In this document: positions 1 to 8,531 of the stretch, in pieces
Numbering within the stretch: position 1 is the first letter of the stretch
Layout: each line of letters begins with the position of its first letter
Source of the DNA: Erysipelotrichaceae bacterium OH741_COT-311
GTDB lineage: Bacteria; Bacillota_I; Bacilli_A; Erysipelotrichales; Erysipelotrichaceae
Direction of reading: 5' to 3'
Length of the DNA: 32,000 nucleotides
Assembly (NCBI GenBank): GCA_003858585.1
Contig: RQZE01000007.1
Span: forward strand, 90,001-122,000
The notes under the pieces: generated by a model
What the model was told of the DNA's origin: nothing
The model's database searches: none
What the model saw: only the letters and a program-made list of their open reading frames with translations
Made by a program: the position numbers and the translations under genes

Positions 1-2
1 TA

Positions 3-230
3 CTTGTTGAGTATTCCACTGTAGATATCAACATTAGCAGTGAAATACAAATCATTAAAAATCCTTCCTTTGGAAATCAATTAAAAACAGCATTTATTGA
101 ATCTTTTAACGGCTTTATCAACTTTATACAAGATGGTATTATTTGGATTGTATTAAAACTTCCATATATCATACTATTAGCAATAGCTATCTTTATCGTT
201 CGTATGATTGCAAAGAAAAAGAAAAAATAG
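3..230 (+). CDS. 3' end of a CDS cut by the window edge; C-terminal membrane anchor (tentatively DUF4349-like tail)
   Basis: Frame 3 is open from the window start to TAG at 228-230. It reads ...FNGFINFIQDGIIWIVLKLPYIILLAIAIFIVRMIAKKKKK*, a hydrophobic helix followed by a poly-Lys stop-transfer. Family assignment is from memory of similar tails only. Confidence 0.5.
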   Translation, partial: LVEYSTVDINISSEIQIIKNPSFGNQLKTAFIESFNGFINFIQDGIIWIVLKLPYIILLAIAIFIVRMIAKKKKK

Positions 231-311
231 GTTATGTGTAAATCAATTCATTTGATATCTATACTTAAAAAAAGCTATAATGAATATATAGGAAATACAA
301 GGAGGTAACCT

Positions 312-680
312 ATGGGTAAATTTGTCATCATTACAACTAAGACTGGTCTTAAATTTAATTTAAAAGCCACAAATGGTGAAGTTATCGCAACATCTCAAGT
401 ATATTCTAATGAACTATCTTGCAGAAAAGGTATTGCTAGTGTCATTAAAAATGCACCTATTGCTCCAGTGGAAAATCAAACTGTTGAAAACTTTAAAAAA
501 ACAGGATCTCCTAAATTTGAAGTATACACAGACAAATCTCAAGAATTTAGATTCCGTTTAAAAGCACGTAATGGTCAAATAATTGCAGTAAGTGAAGGTT
601 ATAAATCGCTGAAAAGTTGCTTAAATGGTGTAGAATCTGTTGCCAAAAATGCAGTAGATGCAAAAATTGAAAAAGCGTAA
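312..680 (+). CDS. YegP/DUF1508 (UPF0339) family protein, two tandem DUF1508 repeats
   Basis: 122-aa ORF with AGGAGG at 300-305. Internal duplication: KFNLKATNGEVIATSQVYSNELSCRKGIASV versus RFRLKARNGQIIAVSEGYKSLKSCLNGVESV, typical of the YegP fold. Confidence 0.8.
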   Translation: MGKFVIITTKTGLKFNLKATNGEVIATSQVYSNELSCRKGIASVIKNAPIAPVENQTVENFKKTGSPKFEVYTDKSQEFRFRLKARNGQIIAVSEGYKSLKSCLNGVESVAKNAVDAKIEKA

Positions 681-683
681 ATA

Positions 684-708
684 AAAAATGCACATTATGT
701 GCATTTTA
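684..708. terminator. Bidirectional rho-independent terminator between convergent genes
   Basis: Hairpin aaaaATGCACA-tta-TGTGCATtttt (stem 688-694 / 698-704), with A-run and T-run on either side. Confidence 0.6.
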
Positions 709-987
709 TTTTTGTTTAATAATTAAGGTTACAAATACTTCTGAATCTTCTAAGAATTCAGCATTAATATATTGATTACCATCAAACTGCAATAATTTTC
801 CAGGAACCAATTCATCCACAAACGCATCATCAATATATACACTAACTCTACCCTTTACAACAGTAAATGTAATAAGTGCTTCCGGATGATTGTGTTTTAA
901 AATTTTATCACCTTTTTTTGCAACTTTTTTTACAACTCTAAAACTTTTTTCTTGAACAATTAAACCTGCTTCACTTTTAACTTGCAT
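706..987 (-). CDS. Small cupin-domain protein
   Basis: KHNHPEALITFTVVKGRVSV... fits the cupin HxH...E motif. I place the start at ATG 987 (MQVKSE...), which has AAGGAG upstream and sits right after the stop of the upstream gene (989-991), rather than the track start at 1026. Confidence 0.75.
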   Translation of the reverse strand: MQVKSEAGLIVQEKSFRVVKKVAKKGDKILKHNHPEALITFTVVKGRVSVYIDDAFVDELVPGKLLQFDGNQYINAEFLEDSEVFVTLIIKQK

Positions 988-988
988 A

Positions 989-2533
989 TTATTTTTTCTC
1001 CTTTTGAAGTTGTACAAAGAGTTCAAACTCTTTTTGTAAGCATTCTATTGAAAACCCTGTTCTTTCCGAAATCATCTTAACCGTAGCGATTTCTTTCATA
1101 ATAGCAAACATCGGTGTTTTCATCATAGCGAATTTCTCGGACTTTGAAATCATATAATCTTTTAAATTGGGATATTTCTTTAATAACACAGACAATTTTG
1201 TATCCGGTTTTAAAACGATGATATCTTCATCATTCTTAGATACTGTTTCTTCTTTTACATCTTCTACTTCTTTTACTTGGCTTTCATTTGACTCCCAATC
1301 CAATAATGTACGACTACCTTCTAGTGCACGTATACGGCTACAATCTTGCATCATTTCCATTACACCCTTAAAGTTACCTTGCTCATCTCTTACCGCAACA
1401 TAAAGAATATAGATAAAGACACCAGGCTTATTAATCCAAAAATCAATACGGTCTTTTTCACCACTACGGAATTTACTAATAATTTCTTCTACCACAGACA
1501 CAGAACTTGATGGATGACAATTTTGAACTTTACGACCAATTACACCTTTACTTCTTGGAAATACTCGATGTTTCGTATCACTATAGAAGGCTACTAAATC
1601 ATGTTCATCAACATAAGAAATATCTACCGGTAAATGTTGAAATAAAAGATTAATTTGATTCAAACTCATTACGCCCTGTTTTACATTCATCGGTGTATCT
1701 TCATTCCAAGATCCCATTTGATATTTCGCTAATAATTTTGATAATTCATCTTTAAATCCATCCGTAACTTCTTCTTTTACTTCTTTCACTTGATGATGAT
1801 TAACAAAGTCAGATGTTGCTTCAATTAAACAATAACCAATCTCACGGTCTCCAGAAGCCATTTCAACAAATTCCTCTTCATTTAACATTTCAAGTGAAGT
1901 TGGAAATAAGATGGTTTCTTCTTTATTCATTAAATCAAAAATATATTCTTTAAACACTTCATATTGAGGTTTTACTTTTTCATAGTCAAATTCTTGTTTT
2001 ACAATTTCTGTTAAAGCAGAGATTTTATCTCTAACATCATTATCAAATAACCACATCGTTGTTGTTGGTCGATCAAATCCTTTATGTTCCAATGCTGTAT
2101 AAAGTTGGTTCTGTTTACGACTTAAATGTATTTTCCATTTATTTAACTTCTCAAAATGCTCATCCCATTGATTTTTAATATATGGTTTTTCAAATAATTG
2201 ATCAATTCCCTTAATCACATCTCTAATCGCATTGTTTTCTTCGATATAATTTCGAATTGGATGACCCTTTGGAAGCGAGTTTTCTTCCTCTATTAAAACT
2301 CCATCATAAATCGCTAACATTTCTTCAAGATTTTCTTTGATACATTCATCATCAACTTTTTCCTGAAAATATTGCTCAATATAAGCAAGCTCAGCTGGAG
2401 TAAGTGTACCTATATGTGCCTTCATTTGGGCATTTGCCATATCTAATGGAATTTCTCCCTTTGCATAGGCTTCTTTAATTTTGAATGCTTCTTGTAGTTT
2501 TGCTTCATCAAAATTATGTATATACTCTTTCAT
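989..2533 (-). CDS. DUF438 family protein (hemerythrin-like / PAS, with a DUF1858-like C-terminus)
   Basis: 514-aa ORF with AGGAGAG RBS. The N-terminus MKEYIHNFDEAKLQ...GTLTPAELAYIEQ and the central PAS-like block (VAFYSDTKHRVFPRSKGVIGRKVQNCHP) are typical of DUF438 proteins. The C-terminal LKKYPNLKDYM...MKTPMFAIM resembles DUF1858. Confidence 0.75.
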   Translation of the reverse strand: MKEYIHNFDEAKLQEAFKIKEAYAKGEIPLDMANAQMKAHIGTLTPAELAYIEQYFQEKVDDECIKENLEEMLAIYDGVLIEEENSLPKGHPIRNYIEENNAIRDVIKGIDQLFEKPYIKNQWDEHFEKLNKWKIHLSRKQNQLYTALEHKGFDRPTTTMWLFDNDVRDKISALTEIVKQEFDYEKVKPQYEVFKEYIFDLMNKEETILFPTSLEMLNEEEFVEMASGDREIGYCLIEATSDFVNHHQVKEVKEEVTDGFKDELSKLLAKYQMGSWNEDTPMNVKQGVMSLNQINLLFQHLPVDISYVDEHDLVAFYSDTKHRVFPRSKGVIGRKVQNCHPSSSVSVVEEIISKFRSGEKDRIDFWINKPGVFIYILYVAVRDEQGNFKGVMEMMQDCSRIRALEGSRTLLDWESNESQVKEVEDVKEETVSKNDEDIIVLKPDTKLSVLLKKYPNLKDYMISKSEKFAMMKTPMFAIMKEIATVKMISERTGFSIECLQKEFELFVQLQKEKK

Positions 2534-2623
2534 ATACTCTCCTATCTATCATAAAAAATAATTCATTATTCTTTATGACTAAAATTATAATACATCTCCC
2601 TGTTTTTTATTGTATTTACTATC

Positions 2624-2647
2624 TAAAAAAATAGACAAATGTCTATT
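2624..2647 (-). terminator. Rho-independent terminator of the 4-gene operon
   Basis: Stem ATAGACA (2631-2637) / TGTCTAT (2640-2646) with a 2-nt loop. A T-run follows on the minus strand (plus-strand A-run 2625-2630), immediately after the AMP-ligase stop. Confidence 0.6.
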
Positions 2648-4102
2648 TTATTGTTTTAAACGTACATCCAATCGATCCAAGATAACATCAATACGGTTTA
2701 TCTGTTCATGTCTTTTTAATTTTTGATTCATTTCATGGATAAAAGTATGGTAATCATAAGTTTCCTCTTTTACAAATAAGATTGCATTCAAGTTTTGATT
2801 TTCAACATAAAACTTAGCACTTGTAATCAAATTACAATGCTGTTTCAGTATCTCTTCTAATTCATCAGGATAAATATTTTCACCTTTATCAGTTAAAAGC
2901 ACCGCTTTCTTTCTTCCCTTAATGTAAAGATGTCCACGTTGATCAATATAGCCTAAATCTCCGGTAAGAAAATAGCCTTCCTCATTAAACGCTTCTTTTG
3001 TAGCATTCAAATTATTCATATAACCCAAAAATACACAATCTCCTTTTACAGCCAATTCTCCTACTCCATCTTTATCCGGTTGAATCACTTTAACATCAAT
3101 ATCTTCAAAGACAACACCTTCACTATTAAAGTTTTCTTGATTAGCATATTCAATGGCAAAGGAAGAAGCCGTTTCCGATAAAGCATAAGCACACAAAAAA
3201 GAAATACCTGCATCTAAATACGCTTGTTTAATTGATGAATCCATGGATGATCCTCCACAAAATAAATACTTAATACAGCCTCCAAACACACTTGGAAGTA
3301 ATGCATTATTTTGGTGAACTGCTTGATACATTTTCTTATAAATAAGTGGAACGGAACAAAATACGGTTGGTTTTACTTCTAACAACTCCTTAGGAATATG
3401 ATCAATATGACTACATAAATAAAGTTGCATACCTGAAATCAAAGAATAATAAAAATTATAGATACCCCCATAAGTATGATGCAACGGTAAAAATAAATAA
3501 CAACGATCTGTCCTATCCATTGGAGCTCGTTTCTTTAAGGAAGGATAACCGGCAAATATATTTTTTTCACTTAACATAACCGCCTTCGGTAAAGAAGAAG
3601 TCCCTGAAGTAAAGACCACTTTAATACAAGCATTTGGATCACGATAATCAAAATCTAAAAATGGTTTTTGTAAAGATTTTCCTAACGCAATAAGCTTTTC
3701 TATTTCATTCATAGATATAAATGTTACATTTGGAAAAGAGGAAGAAACCTCATCCATTATCTTTTGTTTCTCAGATTCATAGATAACCAATGAAACATCT
3801 AAAAAGGAAACAATGTTTTGAATATCTTTAGCGTTACTTTCTTTACTAACACCAATACTTGTACCTACAAAACCAGCTATCGCTACATCAAAAACCATCC
3901 ATGTATAAGAATTAGCACCAAATAACACAATATTTTTATCTTGATACCCTTGATGAAGCAATCCATACGCAACATTATTTACATCTTCTATAAATCTTTT
4001 AAAGGTATAGGGTATATAGACATCTTTTTCTTTTTCATAGATAAAATTGTGATGACTCCATTTTTGATAATCATCCAATAGTATATCTTTAAAGTGATAC
4101 AT
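2648..4102 (-). CDS. AMP-dependent synthetase/ligase (acyl-CoA synthetase-like adenylating enzyme)
   Basis: ANL motifs TSGTSSLPKAV (A3), YALSETAS (A5), LTGDLGY (A7) and KGRKKAVLLTDKGENIYPDELE (A8). AAGGAG RBS; 14-nt overlap with the upstream gene. Confidence 0.85.
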   Translation of the reverse strand: MYHFKDILLDDYQKWSHHNFIYEKEKDVYIPYTFKRFIEDVNNVAYGLLHQGYQDKNIVLFGANSYTWMVFDVAIAGFVGTSIGVSKESNAKDIQNIVSFLDVSLVIYESEKQKIMDEVSSSFPNVTFISMNEIEKLIALGKSLQKPFLDFDYRDPNACIKVVFTSGTSSLPKAVMLSEKNIFAGYPSLKKRAPMDRTDRCYLFLPLHHTYGGIYNFYYSLISGMQLYLCSHIDHIPKELLEVKPTVFCSVPLIYKKMYQAVHQNNALLPSVFGGCIKYLFCGGSSMDSSIKQAYLDAGISFLCAYALSETASSFAIEYANQENFNSEGVVFEDIDVKVIQPDKDGVGELAVKGDCVFLGYMNNLNATKEAFNEEGYFLTGDLGYIDQRGHLYIKGRKKAVLLTDKGENIYPDELEEILKQHCNLITSAKFYVENQNLNAILFVKEETYDYHTFIHEMNQKLKRHEQINRIDVILDRLDVRLKQ

Positions 4103-5165
4103 CTTTTATCTCCTTTTGTAACAATACATATTCATAACGTTCTTCAATCAACTCATCCATATACGTTTGCGTGATTTTACCTTCTTTTTGTAAAGCCCCA
4201 ATACTTGTAACTTGCTTATGCTTTAATGTCTCTACAATACTCTGGACAATAGCCTTCCCTAATCCTTGATGACTTGCATCAACCCCCATATACAACATGA
4301 CATATTCCTTTGGTTTACGTTTTATATTAAAAATACGAATTAAATTTTTAAAATTTAAACGATATACCAAGTTATGATAATTAGGAACACTAATATAAAA
4401 ACCAACTGCTTCGTTTCGATAATACACCATCTTAACCATACTTAAATCAATAATCTTTTTATACAAGGAAAAATATTCTTGAAAATCTTTTGCACTAATT
4501 TCCTTATAAACAGGAAAATCTTTATAGAGATTACGAATTAAATGATATAACTGCAATGTAACTTTATCCCAATCTTCCATTTTTGGACTACAAATTTTAT
4601 AGCCTTCCATTATCTTTTCTTGATAACGATCTACATATTTTTTACTTTGAAACATCTGATTTACACGATAATACTTAGAAGATGTATAACGCTCATAAAC
4701 CTGATAATCATGTTTTAAAAACATTGCATAATAATATTCTTTGTTATAAGGCTCCCCCGTATAAGGAAGCTTATCAAATCGATTCACTTTTAAACGATAG
4801 GTTAACCAAAAAGACGCATCTACCGGTCCAACTATTTTTCGATATCCAAGAAGTTTTGCTTGTAAATCTATTTGTTCAAATAAAAAATCACTCACTTCAT
4901 CATTTTCTATACACTCAAAAAAACCTAAATATAGAATTTCATCTTTAGGATATTTCGTAAAAACAAAACGAGCAACAACTTCTTTATTTTGATAGACTAG
5001 ATATTTCTTTAATTGAAAATACTTACTAAAGGGATGTTGATCAAGCAATAATTGTTTTACTTCCATATCATTTTGCATATTTGTATCTTTGCTATACAAA
5101 CAATTGGCAAATCCGATAAAGTCTTTGATATACTTTTTCTGATGTTGAAATTCTATTAGCTCCAT
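4089..5165 (-). CDS. GNAT-family acyltransferase-like protein (358 aa, extended N-terminal region)
   Basis: C-terminal acyl-CoA-binding motif Q-x-x-G-x-A (HQGLGKAIVQS) preceded by a beta-strand-like YMGVDAS. The RBS is embedded in the end of the upstream gene. Confidence 0.55.
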   Translation of the reverse strand: MELIEFQHQKKYIKDFIGFANCLYSKDTNMQNDMEVKQLLLDQHPFSKYFQLKKYLVYQNKEVVARFVFTKYPKDEILYLGFFECIENDEVSDFLFEQIDLQAKLLGYRKIVGPVDASFWLTYRLKVNRFDKLPYTGEPYNKEYYYAMFLKHDYQVYERYTSSKYYRVNQMFQSKKYVDRYQEKIMEGYKICSPKMEDWDKVTLQLYHLIRNLYKDFPVYKEISAKDFQEYFSLYKKIIDLSMVKMVYYRNEAVGFYISVPNYHNLVYRLNFKNLIRIFNIKRKPKEYVMLYMGVDASHQGLGKAIVQSIVETLKHKQVTSIGALQKEGKITQTYMDELIEERYEYVLLQKEIKDVSL

Positions 5166-5168
5166 ACC

Positions 5169-7508
5169 TTAACTCCTAGCCATAATTTTAACAATACCAT
5201 TTTTAGAATCTAACGCTACATAATCTCCATCTTTTAATACTTCCATAACTCCTTCTACTGCAACAATAGCGGGAATCTTTAACTCTCTTGAAATAATCGC
5301 AGTATGTGATAACAAAGAACCTTTTTCTACAATAATCCCCTTACACTGTGTTAATAAAAATACCCAGCCAGGATCGGTCATCCTAGCCACAATGATTTTA
5401 TCTTTTACATCGACCTCTTTACCCGGTTCTACCACAACCACACACCCCTCTACATCTTTGGCATAGTTTGCCTGTCCATACAAGTAATCCACCTCTTTAG
5501 AAACTACATGACTATGTATGGATTTAAAGGTCTTTGAAACATGTAAATCCGTCAAGATTAATCGAGAATACGATGGTAGTTGTTTATAGCGCTCATACAT
5601 GTCTTTTCGCTGTTGTATGATGTGTTTCTTATCTTCTTGGTTTGTAATTAAATCAAACATTTCCTGCAAAGATAAATAAAAGATGTCTTCTTTTTTTTCA
5701 ATGATATTTAACGCTTGTAATTTTTGTGCAAAAGATAAACAAATAGCACGTACCATTCCAAATATACGTGTACGATTTAATCTTGATTTCTCACGATTTT
5801 CAATACCTAAAAGTGCTCTTTTTACAAACATTCCTTTAGGCTTACTTACTTCTTGTATTGCTAATTGTTTTTCTAATGCATATAACTTATCCATATCTTT
5901 ACAATAGTCTTCTATCTTTTCATCCAATAGCTTCGGATTTACTTTAAACGTAACACTTTCTAACTTTAATTCTTCGATACATCGATCGCCATATAAAGCT
6001 AAGTACTCTTGATAATGGGAAAAGAAATCTACATGTTGTTCATGTTTCAAAATAGCTAATTTAACTAAAGATTGAATAGGCTTTAAACTTTCTATCTGAC
6101 TAATACCTGAAATAAACGAAACAACTTTTTCATTGTATTGATCCGGATATTTTTTCTTTAAACGTCTCTTTAATAAACCCGTGAAAATAAACGCATACAT
6201 ATCATTTAAAAGGGTAATATCCCAACACTCAAGTAACTGTTCTTTAATATCATCAAACAATACTTTTAACTCCGCTAAAGATAACTTTTCTAAATTTTGT
6301 TTTTGAAACGATTGATATATAGTTTGAAACGTTGTATCCAACTTCTTCATTGCCTTTGGTGTTTTGAATAATTCATATAGAAAATGAAAATATGTCTTAG
6401 CTTTACTTATCCATGGTAACTGTAAATCCTTTAAAGGATAATCCTTACTCTTTACACCCAACATTTCCTGCCAAACAGATATGATTTTATGACTCATCGG
6501 TAAAAACTGTAATAGTTTATACCAATTATGAATTTGATAGTACATACGCCCATTCATACTGCTCACCATATTAGAATAGACATCATTAAACTTTTCACTA
6601 AGTTTATCATCTTTCAATACACGTTTAGATACCCCTTTAAAAACATCGGTATAAATCAAACGAGCAAAGCTATCCGTTAAAGGAAGAGAAATACCCGGAT
6701 AACTTTCAACGATATTACTATTATCTAGAATATAAATGGTTTCATCAGATATAGAAGTAATTGGTCGAGCTTGTAAGATGTATAATTGATTTTCTTTAAA
6801 ACAAAATTCAACATCAACATACTTCAACTTTAATGCCTCTTTAATTCTCTTTATCTCATGAATGATTTTTAAAATCATATCTTTCTCTAAAAGATCTTCA
6901 AAACCATCATAGTAATATACCTGATCATAAAGATTGTAATAATAAGAAGTCGTTTCCACCCTATCTAAAACAACATCATCTCCAAGTCCTTTTGCAACCG
7001 TAATAACTGCTTCATTTAAAATACCAATAGGATTAGAAGAAAAACAAATACCTGAATATTCAGCATCAATCATCGTCTGAATTATCACATGCATTTTCAC
7101 GTTTCTTACATCAATCTCTTTTAACATCATATACTCAAGGGCTTTTACACTGTAAAGCGATTGTAGACACTGGATGATAAAAGTTTCAATATCGTTAGGA
7201 TCAACATTTAAAAAAGATTCAAATACTCCTGCAAAACTATCACTTTTTCCATCTTCGACATTACAACTTGAACGCACCGCTACCTTTTGATATAGAACAT
7301 CTATAGGCTTAGCTTTATAACAATCTAAAAGATGTTCTTTTAACAAAGTACTCCATACATTTAAATCTGGATGCTTTTCAGCCACAAAACGTTTAAGATC
7401 TTCTTGTAAAACCTCTTGATTCTGTATCACTTCATCAAAATCAACCACAACAAAGCTAGGTATGCAAATCCCTGCTTGTTGCATTGCTTGTAAATGATAG
7501 TGCTTCAT
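5169..7508 (-). CDS. PEP-utilizing enzyme family protein (PPDK_N ATP-grasp domain + C-terminal swivel phospho-His domain; PEP synthase / rifampin-phosphotransferase-like architecture)
   Basis: N-terminal VRSSCNVEDGKSDSFAGVFESFLNV matches the PEP/pyruvate-binding ATP-grasp signature. C-terminal MTDPGWVFLLTQCKGIIVEKGSLLSHTAIISRELKIPAIV matches the mobile His domain. Confidence 0.85.
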   Translation of the reverse strand: MKHYHLQAMQQAGICIPSFVVVDFDEVIQNQEVLQEDLKRFVAEKHPDLNVWSTLLKEHLLDCYKAKPIDVLYQKVAVRSSCNVEDGKSDSFAGVFESFLNVDPNDIETFIIQCLQSLYSVKALEYMMLKEIDVRNVKMHVIIQTMIDAEYSGICFSSNPIGILNEAVITVAKGLGDDVVLDRVETTSYYYNLYDQVYYYDGFEDLLEKDMILKIIHEIKRIKEALKLKYVDVEFCFKENQLYILQARPITSISDETIYILDNSNIVESYPGISLPLTDSFARLIYTDVFKGVSKRVLKDDKLSEKFNDVYSNMVSSMNGRMYYQIHNWYKLLQFLPMSHKIISVWQEMLGVKSKDYPLKDLQLPWISKAKTYFHFLYELFKTPKAMKKLDTTFQTIYQSFQKQNLEKLSLAELKVLFDDIKEQLLECWDITLLNDMYAFIFTGLLKRRLKKKYPDQYNEKVVSFISGISQIESLKPIQSLVKLAILKHEQHVDFFSHYQEYLALYGDRCIEELKLESVTFKVNPKLLDEKIEDYCKDMDKLYALEKQLAIQEVSKPKGMFVKRALLGIENREKSRLNRTRIFGMVRAICLSFAQKLQALNIIEKKEDIFYLSLQEMFDLITNQEDKKHIIQQRKDMYERYKQLPSYSRLILTDLHVSKTFKSIHSHVVSKEVDYLYGQANYAKDVEGCVVVVEPGKEVDVKDKIIVARMTDPGWVFLLTQCKGIIVEKGSLLSHTAIISRELKIPAIVAVEGVMEVLKDGDYVALDSKNGIVKIMARS

Positions 7509-8407
7509 TATATTTTACCTCTAAGTAAAAAGATAACCACCGTTAATAACATCATTGTTTCTTGAATATACGTATAAGTCTCTACTTTCATAACGATACG
7601 ATAACGATTTGGATTACGGTAATATTCTACAAACTTGTACGTCATCCATGAGACTAACAAGACAAATAAACCAACCATAATCTTATTTAAATTCCATACT
7701 AAAATAATATTGGTTACAATATCAACAATCGTTAAAATCAATACCAGAATAATCATCTTTTTATAACCAAATAACTTAGAATAGGTTACATACTCTGTTT
7801 CTTCTTGTGGTGCTCTAATTTTGCGACTTAACTCCCATATCAACGATGGAAAATACAAAGTGAATGCTACTAAACATGTCGTAAGTGAAAACGGATGTAG
7901 TTGATACTTGATACAAGTAAAAGATATGACATAAATATTTACAAATATTTGAACTGGATTATGTGTAATTAAAGCCAATGGTAAACTTGATTGTATTTTA
8001 TTTTTCTTAAAAAACCACTTACTCATTAAATACCCATAGATATGTAATACCACAAAGAATATAAAATTATTCATGTACATAGCGTTTAATATTACTGATA
8101 CGAGTAATACCATGGAACATACAAGAATTAAATCCGATTTTTTTACCTTACCACTTGGTAAAGGACGCTCTTTAAACAAGCGTTTGTCTAATTCATAATC
8201 TTTAAAATCATCTGCAATTCTAAGCCACATATAAAACGCAAAAATGGTATATGCCCCTATTAGCTCTTGCAACCCAATATGAAAGCTAGTGATACCATAG
8301 TTTAATAACACTAAAAAGTAAATTTCATTAAATACAATAAGACCTAAAAATAGTCTAGGTATAATAGGAAACATGATGGAAAAATAACAGTGCAATCGTT
8401 TAAGCAT
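7508..8407 (-). CDS. Polytopic membrane protein, UbiA-type prenyltransferase-like
   Basis: About 8 hydrophobic segments. Asp-rich loop RIADDFKDYELDKR resembles the first UbiA D-x-x-D-x-x-x-D motif. Its TAA stop overlaps the ATG of the next gene by 1 nt (TAATG). Confidence 0.6.
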   Translation of the reverse strand: MLKRLHCYFSIMFPIIPRLFLGLIVFNEIYFLVLLNYGITSFHIGLQELIGAYTIFAFYMWLRIADDFKDYELDKRLFKERPLPSGKVKKSDLILVCSMVLLVSVILNAMYMNNFIFFVVLHIYGYLMSKWFFKKNKIQSSLPLALITHNPVQIFVNIYVISFTCIKYQLHPFSLTTCLVAFTLYFPSLIWELSRKIRAPQEETEYVTYSKLFGYKKMIILVLILTIVDIVTNIILVWNLNKIMVGLFVLLVSWMTYKFVEYYRNPNRYRIVMKVETYTYIQETMMLLTVVIFLLRGKI

Positions 8408-8493
8408 ATATGTATTTCACTTTCTATTTTGATTGTAGCTACCTAATTATCATTATAGCATGTATTTTATAAAGCATTAAAAATTGGAAAATA

Positions 8494-8525
8494 AAAGTGA
8501 CTACCACCTAAGTAGTACTCACTTT
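8494..8525 (-). terminator. Probable terminator after the CoADR-fusion gene
   Basis: Stem AAAGTGA(8494-8500)...TCACTTT(8519-8525) with inner CTAC/GTAG pairing and a 3-nt bulge. T-rich on the minus strand afterwards. Confidence 0.45.
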
Positions 8526-8531
8526 TACATA

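Noticed and set aside
988-1026. Longer N-terminus of the cupin ORF (MNSLYNFKRRKNN...)
   Set aside because: It would overlap the end of the DUF438 gene by 38 nt, whereas the internal ATG at 987 has an AAGGAG RBS and gives a canonical cupin length.
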